Numbered from the whole stretch's first letter, positions 39,001-52,748 are shown. The stretch is 63,859 nt of DNA, filler included, from Conidiobolus incongruus B7586 (GCA_000697335.1; 22 parts of 22 records of this genome joined end to end with filler, not necessarily neighbours in it), one strand, 5' to 3'. Made by a program: numbers and translations. The notes: a model not told the origin generated them from the sequence alone.

Positions 39001-42000
39001 TGGTAAAAGCAATAAAACTACTAAAAACTTATTAGAAATTAATAATTATTTGTATTAAATCTATTTATTATTATTTTAAATTTTATCTATAATTTATTTT
39101 ATTTAAATTTAATATTATATACTATAATACCACTAAAAAAACAGATACCATTATATTATTTTAATAATAATAATAGCTTAATTACTAAATGAATCTAAAA
39201 CTTTAGTTTTTAAGAGCTTATTCCTTTTTAAGAAACTTATATTAAATAACTTCTAGTTAAGAAAAATATAACTTAAAAAACTCAAATCTAATAACTTAGC
39301 TATTTTATTACTATTAACATATTAAATCATTTATTTAGTGTTTTTAAAGATAAATTAACCATTTATAATAGTTCTAAATTCTTCTACAAGCTTGAAAACT
39401 ATTTTAAAAATATACAAAATTATTTTACTTTAATTTTTAATGAAGATTTAAAAAATATCTTTAAATTAGCTATTTTTTTAGAAAAATCTATTTATACTTA
39501 GTAGTTAACTTTTTATAAATTTAATCCTAAAGAGTTTTTAAGGGGATAATTTACTACAAGAGTATAAACCTTTTAAGAGTTAGAAAAAGCTTTTAAAAAA
39601 AGATATTACTTAAAAAATTAAGTTTAACTAACAAGAGAAAAGTTTTCTTAACTTAAATAAAAAGCTTCTATAAGGTAATTGATTGAGGAATTTAATGAGA
39701 TATATTTAAATATATTAAATATTACTAAAAAAATTAATCCACAAGCTATTATAATACCTTAATCTTCAAGTAAAACTTTAGTTAGTTAATAAAGAATATT
39801 TTAATAATATGTTTTTTTTAACATTTATAATATAGTAATTATAATTCATGATATCTTTTATTATATAACTAAATTTTATTATCCCATGAATTAATCTTTT
39901 AAAACTTACTTTAACCTACTTAAACCTCAAATAATAAATATTTTTACTTTAAAGCTTTATGAGAAAACTTTTAATAAAAAAATTAAAGCTTACTTAAGAA
40001 TAAATAAAAATTGCTATTATTGTTAAAAAAGTTAAGTTAATTATAAATCTAATAAGTGTTTTTTTAAGAAGCAATATCTATTTAATTTTCAATAATTTTA
40101 ACCTATTAACCATAAATCAAACTTGAACTATATTAATATTACCTTAAAATATTTCTTTTATAATTAATTAGCAGATTTTAATTTAATCCACAAAAGTTTT
40201 ATTAGACTAATGATTCCATAAATTAAATTATATATACTAGAGAGATTTAACTAATTAAATTACTAAAAACTAAAAATATTCTAATAACTAATCTGTTTTG
40301 TATTTTTTATCTTTAATTATCATCTTATTGTTTATTTTAACTAGATATTTTATAGATATACTTGTTAATATTTTAATTAACTCTAGTTGTTTTAATTATA
40401 TTATTTTTTCTTTTATTATTACAAAACTATCTTTACCTATCTAAAAAAATAGCTGAATAATTAAATATGCTAATAATTTAATAGAATAAGCATTTAATAC
40501 TATATTTAAATACTTATTACTATTTCTTAACTATTCCCAATATATTAAATTCTTAATTAATAACATTAGTTACAATTTTATACTAGGTTAAAATTAGTTT
40601 GAATATTATAGTTTTTTATCTATGAGTATTACTCTAAAAGGTTATAAATCTATTTATTTATATTCTAAAAGAAATTAATAGAATTAATCTTAAAAAATCT
40701 ATATTACCCTATTATAAAGCTACTAAATACTTTACCTAATATTAATTCTATAATTATATCAAATAATTTTATTATGATAAGCAAAAACCAATATAAAAAA
40801 CTAATTAAATACTTTAATAATCTATAAGAATATATATTTGTTTATTATTTATCTATTAGTATTTTATCTATTAAATTCAATAAAATTATAACTAATAACT
40901 ATTTATACAATATAATAAGTTAATTTGCTAGTGTTTTTCAATTTATAAATAAATTACCACCTAAATATAATATTAAATATAAAATTAAACTTCACTTAAA
41001 TACTTAACTATATTTAAAACCTACTTATCATTTATTTTTTAAATAATACTAAACCTTAAAAAAAATCTAAAAATTACTTGAAAATAGGTATATTAAACTT
41101 TTTTCCTTATTATAAAAATCTTTTATTTATTTTATATAAAAAAATAATAGTGGTTAAAAATTATATATTGATAACTATGTTTTAAATTTCAAAACTATCA
41201 AGGATAAAACTTTATTATTAAACCTATATAATAATAAGGATAAATTACTTAAATCTATTATATTTATTAGATTGAATATTAGAAATAATTATTATAATAT
41301 TAAATTTGAAGAAAATTCTATTTTTTTAACTATTTTTAATATTTTATCAAGCTATTATAAATTTACTATTATAAACTTTAGATTATATAATATCCTTGTA
41401 ACTTTGATTTAATTTATTAATTCTTTTTTTAATTTTATCTTTAATAACTTTGTTATCACTTATTTTAATAATACTTGATTTATTTAAAAACTAAAGAAGA
41501 ATATATTTAATATATTAATTAAATTTTATCAATTATTCAAGAATATAAATTATCTTTAAAAATATCAATATATATTTTTAATATTTCTTCTATCTTTTTC
41601 TATAGTTATATTGTTTTTCTTAAAGAATTAAGATTGATTTAATTAAATTCAATGATGTAAAAGCTCTTACTATACCTAGAAATAAAAATCAACTTATATT
41701 TATACTTAAATTATTAAATTACTTTAAAGATTTCATTAATTTTTTTGTTGAACTTATAGCTTTTTTAATTAATCTCTTGAGAAAAAACTCTCTTTTTGAA
41801 TAAACCATATTATATACTTTTTATAAAAATGTTTTAATTTTCTATATTACTAATGCTTTTATTTTATTTATTTTTGATTTTTAACTACCTATTATAATTT
41901 TTACTAACTTTAGTTCTTTTATAATTAATAGATAGTTAATTTAGTTTAAATTTAATTTATATTTTACTTTTAAACTATAAGATAAAATAACAAATAAAGG

Positions 42001-43567
42001 AGAATAGGTTAAGTTTAACCTTACAAATGTTGCCTTAAAACCTATAACATTCAAGTTAAGAAAAATAAAACCAGCTGAATTAAAATACCTAGTTTATAAA
42101 TAAAAACTTTTTGCTTTAATAGAAATAATCAAAAATCATTCATATTTCTTATTTTACAACTTTTTCCTAATACTTATAGATTACAAATTACTTATCTATT
42201 TAAATACTCAAAAATATTTATTAAGAAAATAAGTTAAATAGATTAAAACTATCTAAGCTTATCTTTTCTTTATTTAATATCTCTTAAGTTAATAGAATCA
42301 TGTTATAAATACTATATTAAATAAACTTATATATTTACCTTTTTATTTTAATTATAAAAATCCAGCAAATATTAACTTAATGATTATTAATAAAAAAAAT
42401 AAAAAATTTATTAAATTAATTTAAGAAATACTATTAAATAATAGTTTCCTTATTTTAATTAAAGAAGAACTCTTTAAATTATTAGATAATTAATCAAAAT
42501 ATGTCAAAAGATTTAAAATCATTGATAACTTACTATATTATAATAACTGTTTATATATCCCTAATATTCTTAAGATTTAATAAGCAATATTTAATAAATA
42601 TTATAGCTTACCTATTAAAAAAAGATTAAAACTAGTTACAAACTGTTAAGAGAGTTAAAATAAGATATTACTAACTTTCTTTAGTTAAATTAATTCAGAA
42701 ATATACTAATACTTATGATATATGCTAAAGAATTAAATATAATACCTAACTAAAATATAGTAAACTTATTTTTTTATAAGTTTCTAATAAAATTTAATAA
42801 CAAATCTAACTTAATTTTATAAAAATTCTTAAATCAACAATTAATTATAATAACTTATTAATTATAACTGATTTATTCTTTAAATATGTTTATTTTATTC
42901 CTTATTTCAAAACTTTTATAATTAAAGATAATATACAATTATTATATTTTAATATTTTTACCTATTATAAAATTCTATAAAATATTATATCTGATAAAGA
43001 TATATAATTTAACTTTTGATTTTAAAAGTTATTATCTTTTTCCTTTAAAATTAATCTAGCTATATTTATTACTAATTATTATTAAACTAATAAACTTGTT
43101 GAAAAAACTATTAAAACCTTAAAGCAAATAATTAAAGCTTATATTAATACTGATCAGTTAAAATAAATACCTATATCTACTAACTTTAATATTTATTCAA
43201 TATCTTTATTAATAAATCAATAATTTTAAGCTTTTATTTTATTAATTATAGTAAATATTTTAATTTAATAATTATTTTAAAACTTTAAATCAGTTTATCT
43301 TTAGATATTGTTGAATTTTAATTTAATATCAAATATATTAATTCCCTTGTTAAATTTAACTTAAAAGAGAATTAAAAGATTATAAAACAAAAATATTTAA
43401 AGTTATTTAAAAATCCTCTTAAATATAAAACTAATATATTTATATACTTAGAATAATCTGTTTTTAAACCTATTTTATTTAAATCTAGCTTAAATCTAAA
43501 ATACTTGCTATTATATTATAGTCCCTATAAAATTTAATTTTTTAATTTAAATTTTAAAAATATTACC

Positions 43568-43845
43568 TTGGAATTATCTTTAACTTTGAGGATCAACACT
43601 ATCTTTTATATATCCAAAATTAAGCTTTATTTTGAAGATATTAATATCTTTCTTAGTCAATTAAAAGTTTTAAAACTAGATTTAATTATTAATCAAAATA
43701 GAAAAGAAGAATATTATATTAATTATATAATTAAATCTAAATCTATTAAGAATAAACTTTATTTTTATATAAAATAAATAAGTTATCTTATTAAAAAAGC
43801 TATATAAAAACCTTTAGAAAATATTAAAAATATCTTAGCCTATTA
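43568..43845 (+). pseudogene. Integrase C-terminus and chromodomain relic of family C
   Basis: LELSLTLRINTIFYISKIKLY (=LELPxxLRIHPVFHVSxLKPY), then EEYYINYII...LYFYIK*ISY.IKKAI*KPLENI (=EEYxVxxI...YxVKWxGYxxEExTWEPxEN). ORF 43568..43777 is this remnant. Confidence 0.88.
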
Positions 43846-43901
43846 TACCTATTAATAAAAATTTAAGTAGTATGTCTCTTTTAAAAAATTCATTAAGGAA
43901 G

Positions 43902-44299
43902 TTTTAAGAAACTAGTTATTTAAATTCTCATATATACTTTTATATAATTTAATTAACTATAAATTATTTGATTAATTTATATTTTTATAGCTAAATTAAT
44001 TATATAAATAATATTATATTATTTAATAAACTAGGTTTTTCTTTTTCTTCTTAATTCTTACTATTTTTTATCTTTTTTACTATTTTTAAGATTGAAATTA
44101 TATCTTATTAATATTATAGTATATTAGCACTAGCTAATATAAATCTTAATATATCAGTGACTTATCCTAATATAAAGCTTAATTAAACTTTGTTTATATT
44201 TGCATATTATAACTAAATTATAATATTATAATCTATGTCACACTACTTTTATATTAAGTTTTCCTCTATATTATATTGGTATTTACCATTATTTTTATA
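43902..44299 (+). repeat. 3' LTR of family C
   Basis: TTTTAAGAAACT...ATTTACCATTATTTTTATA, following the PPT. Confidence 0.9.
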
Positions 44300-44429
44300 A
44301 TATAAAAATATTATTTAATATTAATATTANNNNNNNNNNNNNNNNNNNNNNNNNNNNNNNNNNNNNNNNNNNNTTAATTAATTAANNNNNNNNNNNNNNN
44401 NNNNNNNNNNNNNNNNNNNNNNNNNNNNN

Positions 44430-46556
44430 TTTTAACTATTATTAGCTTTTTGTATAGAAAAAAATAAGAGATATTTATAGTAAGGAAAAAAGTTTAATAT
44501 ATTTATTTTCAAATAAATTTTAAATTTTTTCTTTTAAAGTTTAATATTATTTAAGAGATAAATAATAAGTAAGCTCTAAATATAATTGTATATCTAAAAG
44601 AAGCTTAATTTTGTGTTTAATATTATATTTAAAAGGTAATCTACTTATAAATTTAAAAACATTAACAAATTAACTTATTATATTATATAAGAAGTAATTA
44701 TTAATTATAACTTTATTAAAATCAAAAAATAAAATACTAATAGATAAATAGTAAATAATTATAAATTGCTATAAATTATTAAAGTTTTTAATTAGTTTTT
44801 TACATTAGTTTTTATATATTATAATAGAATTATTTAATACAATTATAAAGTTGGTATTAAATAAAATATTTAGTAATTTTATAATAAGGTAATATAAAAT
44901 TTTTAAGATTAACTCTACTAATTTCTTTTAGAATATAAAATAAATAAATTTGTGACTTTTTAAGGTAATACTGATAGATAAAAAACTATGGTATTTAAAC
45001 TAATTTTAAGCTAGTATAAAATTATAACTAATATTACCAACTAAAAATTTAATATATTAAAAGTAGTTAAAAAGTATTAATAAATATTTAAATATAATAT
45101 TAATTGTTTATTTTATTAAATTATTAGTATATTTAATTATTAAGCTATTTTTTTAGATAGGTAAAGATAGTTTTATAATATTAAAAGAAGAAATAATACA
45201 ATTAAAATAATTAAAGTTAAATAAAACATTAACAAATATATCTATAAAATATCTAGTTAAAATAAATAATAAAGTAATAGTTAAAGGTAAAAAATTATAA
45301 GGTAGATTAGTTACTAAAATATTTTTAATTTCTAATAGTTTAATTAATTAGATTTCTCTAGTATATATAGTTTATTAAAATTTTCTAATTAATTATGAAA
45401 AAGATAATTTTAAGATAATATTAATATTATTTAAGTTTAATTTATATTTAGTAGATTAAAATTATTGAGAATTAAACAGATATTATTTCTTAAAGGGATA
45501 TCTATTAACTTTATAATTAACTTAAATTTTTCAATAATAATAGTAACTTTTATTTACTTTTAAATAAGTTTTAATTTCTTTATTAAAAGTTTTCTTATAG
45601 AGTTTTAAAATAGAAACATTTATTATTTGAGATTTAAGTAAGTTAAAGTAGGTTTTAAAAGATTAATTTTTGGGATAAGAAAATTTAGTTATAGAATAAA
45701 AAATATTATTAATCATAATTATTATATCATAAATATCAGAAAAAATATATTATTAAGATATTCCCTACTAACTAATTAGAGTTTTACTTAAGGATTAAAG
45801 TATTATAATACCTTATAGATTTATTTTCCTTTAGTGATATTAAATATATTTAAATTTATCTCATTGAATTTCTTAATTAATTATCTTATAAAAGTTTTTT
45901 ATTTAAGTTAAGAAAGCTTTTCTCTTATTAATTAAACTTAAACTTTTAAGTAATATTTTGAAAATTTTTTCTAATTATTTAAAGGTTAGTATTTTTATAA
46001 TAAGTTATCCATTTAAAAACTCTTTAGAATTAAACTTATAATAAGTTAACTATTAAATATAAATAAATTTTTCCAAAAAACAACTGGTTAATTTAAAGAA
46101 ATTCTTTAAATCTTTATAAGGAATTAAATTAAAATAATTCTTTATAATTTTAAGATAATTTTTAAGTTTATAGAGGTTTTAAAATCTATTATTAATAGTT
46201 AATTTATCTTTAAAAACATTAAATAAATAATATAATATGTTAACAATAATAAAATAGCTAGTTAGTTAAATTTAAGTATTTTAAGTTATATTTTTCTAAA
46301 CCAAAAATTATTTAATATAAGTTTTTTAGAGGGTAATAAATTCTTAAGGATTAGAATCTTATATTCACTTAGTAATTAAACTATTATTATTATTAAAATA
46401 ATATAAGGGTATCTTTTTTTTAGTAGTATTATAATATATAATATTAAATTTAAGTAAAATAAGTTATAAATAAAATTTAAAATAATAATAAATAAATTTA
46501 ATATAGGTAATTATTAGTTTCTGATAGGTTTTTAGTAATTTTATTATTGTTACTAT
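44430..46556 (-). mobile_element. Family C relic: PBS-gag-protease-RT start
   Basis: Reverse complement is colinear with about 39000-41140. Confidence 0.88.
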
Positions 46557-47844
46557 NNNNNNNNNNNNNNNNNNNNNNNNNNNNNNNNNNNNNNNNNNNN
46601 TTAATTAATTAANNNNNNNNNNNNNNNNNNNNNNNNNNNNNNNNNNNNNNNNNNNNGAAAAAAATAAATTTTAAAACATTGCATTTTTTATTATAAAACG
46701 GCATTCCATTTAAATATTAAATTTTATGAAAAAAAATTAAAAATAAAATTGTTTAATTTTACAATGGAAAAAAATTAATAAAATATTTTTCGATAAACTA
46801 AATTTATTAATTTAATAGTTAATGAATATTAAATTAACTTTTTACCCTATATGATTGAAAATTATTAAATTGATTAATAATCATAAAAATAAACAATCTT
46901 TAATATTTATTTAAAGACTTTAACTCTTAATTATCAAAATATTATTTTATTTTCATTATTGATAAATTCTTTCATTTTTGGAATATAATATTTTTATAAT
47001 TTAGATATTATACTTATTACTTATAATAAATGAATACTTTACCTATTTCAATATTATTTGGTAATGAAATATTAATAAATTTTAAATTTTCTTGACTATT
47101 ATATATTTTATCAAATGTTTATTAATAAATATAAATTAATAAAAAAAGATAATTTTTAGAATAAGATATAAAAATATCAAAAATTATATTTAATGAATGC
47201 TTATATATAATATATTTATAAATTTAAAAGTATAGTATCTATATAAAAAATATATAAAAATAAATCTTGAAAAAAATATAGTCAAACAAGTATTACAAAT
47301 TAATTTTTCAAAACAATTATAATTATATTTTTATTTTTTACCTTATTTAAAATATTTTATTTTAATTACTCTATAAAATTTAAAAATAATATAAATCGCT
47401 AATATTTAAATAAAGAAGAAATGTTGAATTAATTTATAATATTAATATAATATTTATAAATCAAAAGCTATTCAGTTCTGAAATATTTATTTAAACATTT
47501 TAATACAAATTTGAATATAATAGTAATATAATTAAAATAAATAGGGATATAATTATAAAATCATAATTCAATAGGTTTTAAACTTTTTTATAAAAGGTTT
47601 TCTATGATAATAAATTTAATAATTAATCAAATAATATATATATAAATATTTATAATATTACAACTATATATTTCAGTTTATTTGAAAATTATATATAATA
47701 TTTTTTTTCATAATTATAAAATAAACAAAAAATAATAGAATTTTTGATTCTAACTCTTCAAATATATTATTAATTTTTAAAAATAAGTATATAAAAAATA
47801 AATAGATAATAAGGTAATTATAAATTATATTAATCTTAAATATC

Positions 47845-47927
47845 AAAAGTGAGTTATAAAATAAACATCACTTATATTTTTAACTTTCATTAAAATAATA
47901 TTTAATTTAATCAATTTTAATTAAAAT
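47845..47927. mobile_element. Family A TIR fragment
   Basis: AAAAGTGAGTTATAAAATAAAACATCACTTATATTT matches the family A terminus. Confidence 0.65.
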
Positions 47928-50086
47928 GGTTAAGAGATTAGTTTTTTAAATTCTTATATATATTTCTTTATAATTCAATTAACTATAAAATTTATACTTA
48001 ATTTATAATTTTAGAGTTATATTAATTAAATCAACAATATTAAACTATTTAATAAATAAGGTATTTTTTTTCCTTTTAATTCTTACTATTTCTTATCTTT
48101 TTCATCATTTCTGAAATTAACACTATATCCTATCTATATTATAATATATTAGCAATACCTAATATAAATTTTAATATATCAATGACTTATTTTAGTTTGA
48201 AGCTTAATTAAACTTTGTTTATATTTACTCACTATAGTTATATTATAGTGCTATATTCTATGTCATAATATTTTTATATTAAAGTCTTTCTCTATATTAT
48301 ATTGGTATTTTACCACTATGTTTATATGGTAATAGCAATAAAACTATTAAAAACCTATTAGAAACTAATAAATATTCATATCAAATCTATTTATTGCTTA
48401 TTAAAATTTTATTTATAATTTATTATATTTAAATTCAAAATTATACACTATATTGCTATTAAAAAATACCTTTATATTAATTTAATAAAGATAGTAGTTT
48501 AATTATCAAATGAATTTAAAACTTTAGTTTTTAAAAGCTTAATATATTTTAAAAATCTTATTATAAATAATTTTTGATTTAGAAAAATATAACTCATAAA
48601 GCTTAAATCTAACAAACTAGCTATTTCAGTATTATTTATGTATTAAATTGCTTCTTTAATATTTTAAAGATTAATTAATAATTTATGATAATTTTAAAAA
48701 TATCTATAATCTTGAATATTATTTTAAAAATATAAAGAATTATTTTAATTTTATTCTTAATAAAAATTTAAAGAATATTATTAAATAACTATTTTTTTTA
48801 GAAAAATCTACTTATACTTAGTGATTAACCCATTACAGACTTAATCTTAAAAAATATTTAGAGGGATAATTTAATATAAGAATATTAACCTTTAAACAAT
48901 TAGAAAAAAACTTTTAAAAAAATATTATTTAAAAAATCAAATTGAATTAACAATGGAAAAGCTTTCTTTACTTAAATAAAAAACTTTTATAACATAATTA
49001 ATTAAGAAATATAATAAGATATATTTAAATATATTAAATATTACTGAAGAAAAATAAATCTACAAGCAATTATAATACTTTACTCTTTAAATTAAACTTT
49101 AATTTATAAAAAAAAATATTTTATTATTATGTTTTTTTCTAACATTTATGATGTAGCAATTATAATTAATAATATCTTTTATTTTACAATTAAATCTTTT
49201 TATCTTAAGAATTAATTCTTTAAAACTTACTTTAACTCACTTATATCTTAAAAGATAGATGTTTCAGTTTTAAAGCTTAATAAGAAAACCTTAAGTAAAA
49301 AAGCTAAAGCTTATTTAAGAGTATATAATAATTGTTACTATTATTGAAAAACTTAATTAAAGAGTTGATAAATATAATTTTAAAAGATAACATCTGTTTA
49401 TTTCTCAAAAATCTTAATCAACCAATTTTAAATTATATTTGAATAATATTAATATAATCTTAAAACTACCTCTTTTATAATTATTTAACAGATTCTTATT
49501 TAATCTATCAATATTCTAAAAAACTAATGATTCTACAGATTGAACTATATATATTAAAAAGATCCAATTAATTAAACTATTAGAAATTAAAAAAATTCTA
49601 AAAACTAATCTATTTTATAGTTCTTTACAATTAATTATCACTCAATTGTTTATTTTAATTAGATATTTTTAGATATAATTATTAATATCTTAACTAACTT
49701 TATTTGTTCTAATTATATTATCTTTATTTATTTATTTAAAACTCACTTTCCCTATTTAAATAAGCAGATTAATGATTAAATATGCTAATAATTTAATGGA
49801 ACAAATATTTAATATTGTATTTAAATACCTATTATTATTTTTTAACTATTTCTAATATATTAAATTTTTAGTCAGTAACATTAGTTATAATTTTATACTA
49901 AGTTAAAATTAGTTTAAATACGATATATTTTTATCTATAAGTATTAATTTAAAAGGTTATAAATATATTTCTTTTATATTTTAAAGAGATTAATAGAATT
50001 AATCTTAAAAAATTTATATGACCAAATTATAAAATTATCAAATATTTTACCTAATACTAACTTTATAAATATATTAATTAATTTAA
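47928..50086 (+). mobile_element. Family C relic: 5' LTR (47928-48326), PBS, gag-protease
   Basis: Colinear with 38604-40770, with PBS TGGTAATAGC at 48327. Confidence 0.9.
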
Positions 50087-50186
50087 NNNNNNNNNNNNNN
50101 NNNNNNNNNNNNNNNNNNNNNNNNNNNNNNTTAATTAATTAANNNNNNNNNNNNNNNNNNNNNNNNNNNNNNNNNNNNNNNNNNNN

Positions 50187-50492
50187 AATTTATAGTAAAA
50201 ATATTAATATATATATATTTGATTTAATAAAAGAAAAAAAATTTAAGTAATTTTTATTTTATTTACTTTTTTAACTTTTAAACCTATAAATTTATTACTT
50301 ATCTTAATTAAAATTTAAGATTTGATATATTAACCAATAATATATTAAATATAATTAAATATAACCTTTTATAATTAGATAATATACTTTAATTATATAC
50401 TTTTATTTAAATTAATTTAGTTAAGAATTATTTAAGTTACAAATAAATATGTAAGAGATTTTTATTTTATGATTTACTTTTATAGGTTGGTA
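50187..50492 (-). mobile_element. Family A left end (Tc1-like), inserted in a mariner copy
   Basis: ATTTTATGATTTACTTTTATAGGTTGGTA-TA is the reverse complement of the left TIR. Confidence 0.85.
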
Positions 50493-51549
50493 TATATATA
50501 TATAATAATTTTATTAATTAAAAAATTTATTTTTTAAAATTAGTTATTTTATTTAATCATATTTAAACTAAATAATAACCATCAAAAGTTTGTTATTTTA
50601 TTATTAGTAAAATTTTACCACAAACCCTTTAAAATTATTTAAAATTTACTAGTAGCTTTTGATAATAAAATATTATTTAAATCAATAATTTATTACTAGG
50701 TAAATTATTTTAAGACAAAGAAATAAATTACCTAAAATTTATTAAAATTTAGAAGATTATTTGAATTATTACTCTTTTAATTATTAATAATATAAAAAAT
50801 TCTATTAAAAAGAAATTTTTTTAGCTAGAGAGTTAGTAAGAAATTTTAATATTAGTTATATAAATATTTTATATATTAGAGCTTAAATTAATATTAACTA
50901 ATAAAAATATAAAATAGGTATAATATAATTTAACTAAAGTTTAAAAATAAACTAAAATAGCTATTATTAAATAAAACTTATTAAGGTATAATTAGGAACC
51001 AAGGCTTTTACATCAAATTATTATAATTGATGAATCTTAAATTTTTTTGTATAATCCTTAGCTAAAACATAAATTAATATATTAGATTAAGCTAAATCAA
51101 TCATCTTTATAAATTCCTTTAAATAAGCATTTTGTTGATATATGAATAATAACTATTAACATAGATTATAATTATATATGCTATTCTCAATTAGTTTTTA
51201 AAAGAGAATTAATTAATAATAAATATTATATTTTTTTAAATATAATTATTTCTAATTGGTATTTTTAATATAATTAAGAAAAACTTATTATCATTTATAA
51301 AAATTATAAAATAAATAAATCTAAAGTCATAAAAAACTTTTTAATTATAAAATATTAGAAAGAAATACTATATCTAATATATTTTTTAAATTATAACTTA
51401 TATGATTATAATGTTTTTAGGTAATTAAAAAACCAGCTTATATAAAAGAAAATTTCTATCAAAAAATTTAATTAGTTGGTAAAATATTCAATTTTAGTCT
51501 TTAATAGAAAGAATTATTTTTTAAGTGTTAGATTATTATAAAAAATATA
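50493..51549 (+). mobile_element. mariner-like (family B) relic
   Basis: Colinear with 29770-30835. It retains ATTGATGAATCT (IDES, first catalytic D) at about 51026. Confidence 0.9.
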
Positions 51550-51649
51550 NNNNNNNNNNNNNNNNNNNNNNNNNNNNNNNNNNNNNNNNNNNNTTAATTA
51601 ATTAANNNNNNNNNNNNNNNNNNNNNNNNNNNNNNNNNNNNNNNNNNNN

Positions 51650-52748
51650 TTATAGGAATTTTTTTCTTATAAGCTATTTTATTATTTATTTAAAACAATT
51701 ATAATCATATAGGTTATTATCAGGTAAATATATTAGATATGTTAACTTATTTTATTTTTTTTTACATAAAAATCTTTTATAGATTTAATTTTATAAATTT
51801 TATAATTAATATGCAAAATAATAGGTATATTTAATTTATATTAAAAATACCATTTAAAAATTATTTTATTTAAAAAAAAATATATAATTTACTATTAATT
51901 TATTTTCCTTAAGACATTAAACAAGAAAATTATACATCATTATAATCTATTATAATAATTAATATTTACTTATATTTAAAATACTTATTTATTAAATTTT
52001 ATAAAAAGGATTGATTTAGATTAACCTAACATCTTGTTTTATTTTTAGATAGAGGATAATATAGAATAATATAAAGTTTATTAACTATAAGTATTTATTA
52101 TAAAATCCTTTCTTTTTAGTTATAACTAAATAAGTTTAGTTTAGCTCTAGCTATTTTAATTTTCTTTTAGGCTTCTATTAAATTATAAGATATCTATTTT
52201 GTATTTTTATAAATTAATTTATATTTAAACTTAAGTATATATAACATGCTTATATAATTAATAATAAATTATTTTGTTAATTCTAAAACTGAGATAAAAA
52301 GATATTTCTTAATATATTTTTTTATTCTATTAGTAAATGAAAGAGTAATAATAAAAATTAATCTTTTAGAATTTGGTAAATTTTAAATAATTTCCTTTTT
52401 AACTTTAAAATTGCAAATCTAGTGATATATGATAGTTTTAAATAAAATACTATCTTTATATATTAATTAAAAATTTTAGATAATTTTAAAAGGTTTATAA
52501 TTAAGTTTTGAAAATATAAAAATAAAATCCTTTTGATAATTATAATTTAGTTTAATTATGATTAAACTTAAGTATAAATTTTAAATCAGAATATTTTAAT
52601 AAAAAAATAATTAAAGTTAAATAATTATATATAATTGAAAAAAATATATTTTCCAATATATTCTATATATATAAAATTTTTCAAAATCTATAAAATATTT
52701 GAAAAACCAGAAATTAAAAAATTTGCCATTTTTTAATTTCTATACTAA
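51650..52748 (-). mobile_element. mariner-like (family B, subfamily 2) relic with left terminus
   Basis: Ends AAAAATTTGCCATTTTTTAATTTCTATACTAA-TA, and the body is colinear with the other B copies. Confidence 0.85.

Larger units (their letters stand above)
38604..44299 (+). mobile_element. Full-length Ty3/gypsy chromovirus LTR retrotransposon (family C), inactivated
   Basis: Two LTRs of about 397 bp, 5-bp TSD ATATA (38599-603 and 44300-304), PBS TGGTA at 39001 and PPT AAGGAAG at 43895-901. Domain order: gag with CYYC knuckle (about 40012); RT (KLPPKYNIKYKIKL, KLYIDNYVLN.KTIKD, RLNIRNNYYNI, NFRLYN, ITYFNN=YFDD); RNase H (KPAELKYLVYK*KL, DYKLLIYL); integrase (LNF, TDLFFKYV, IISDKD, TNKLVEK); GPY/F region; chromodomain. 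Confidence 0.93.
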
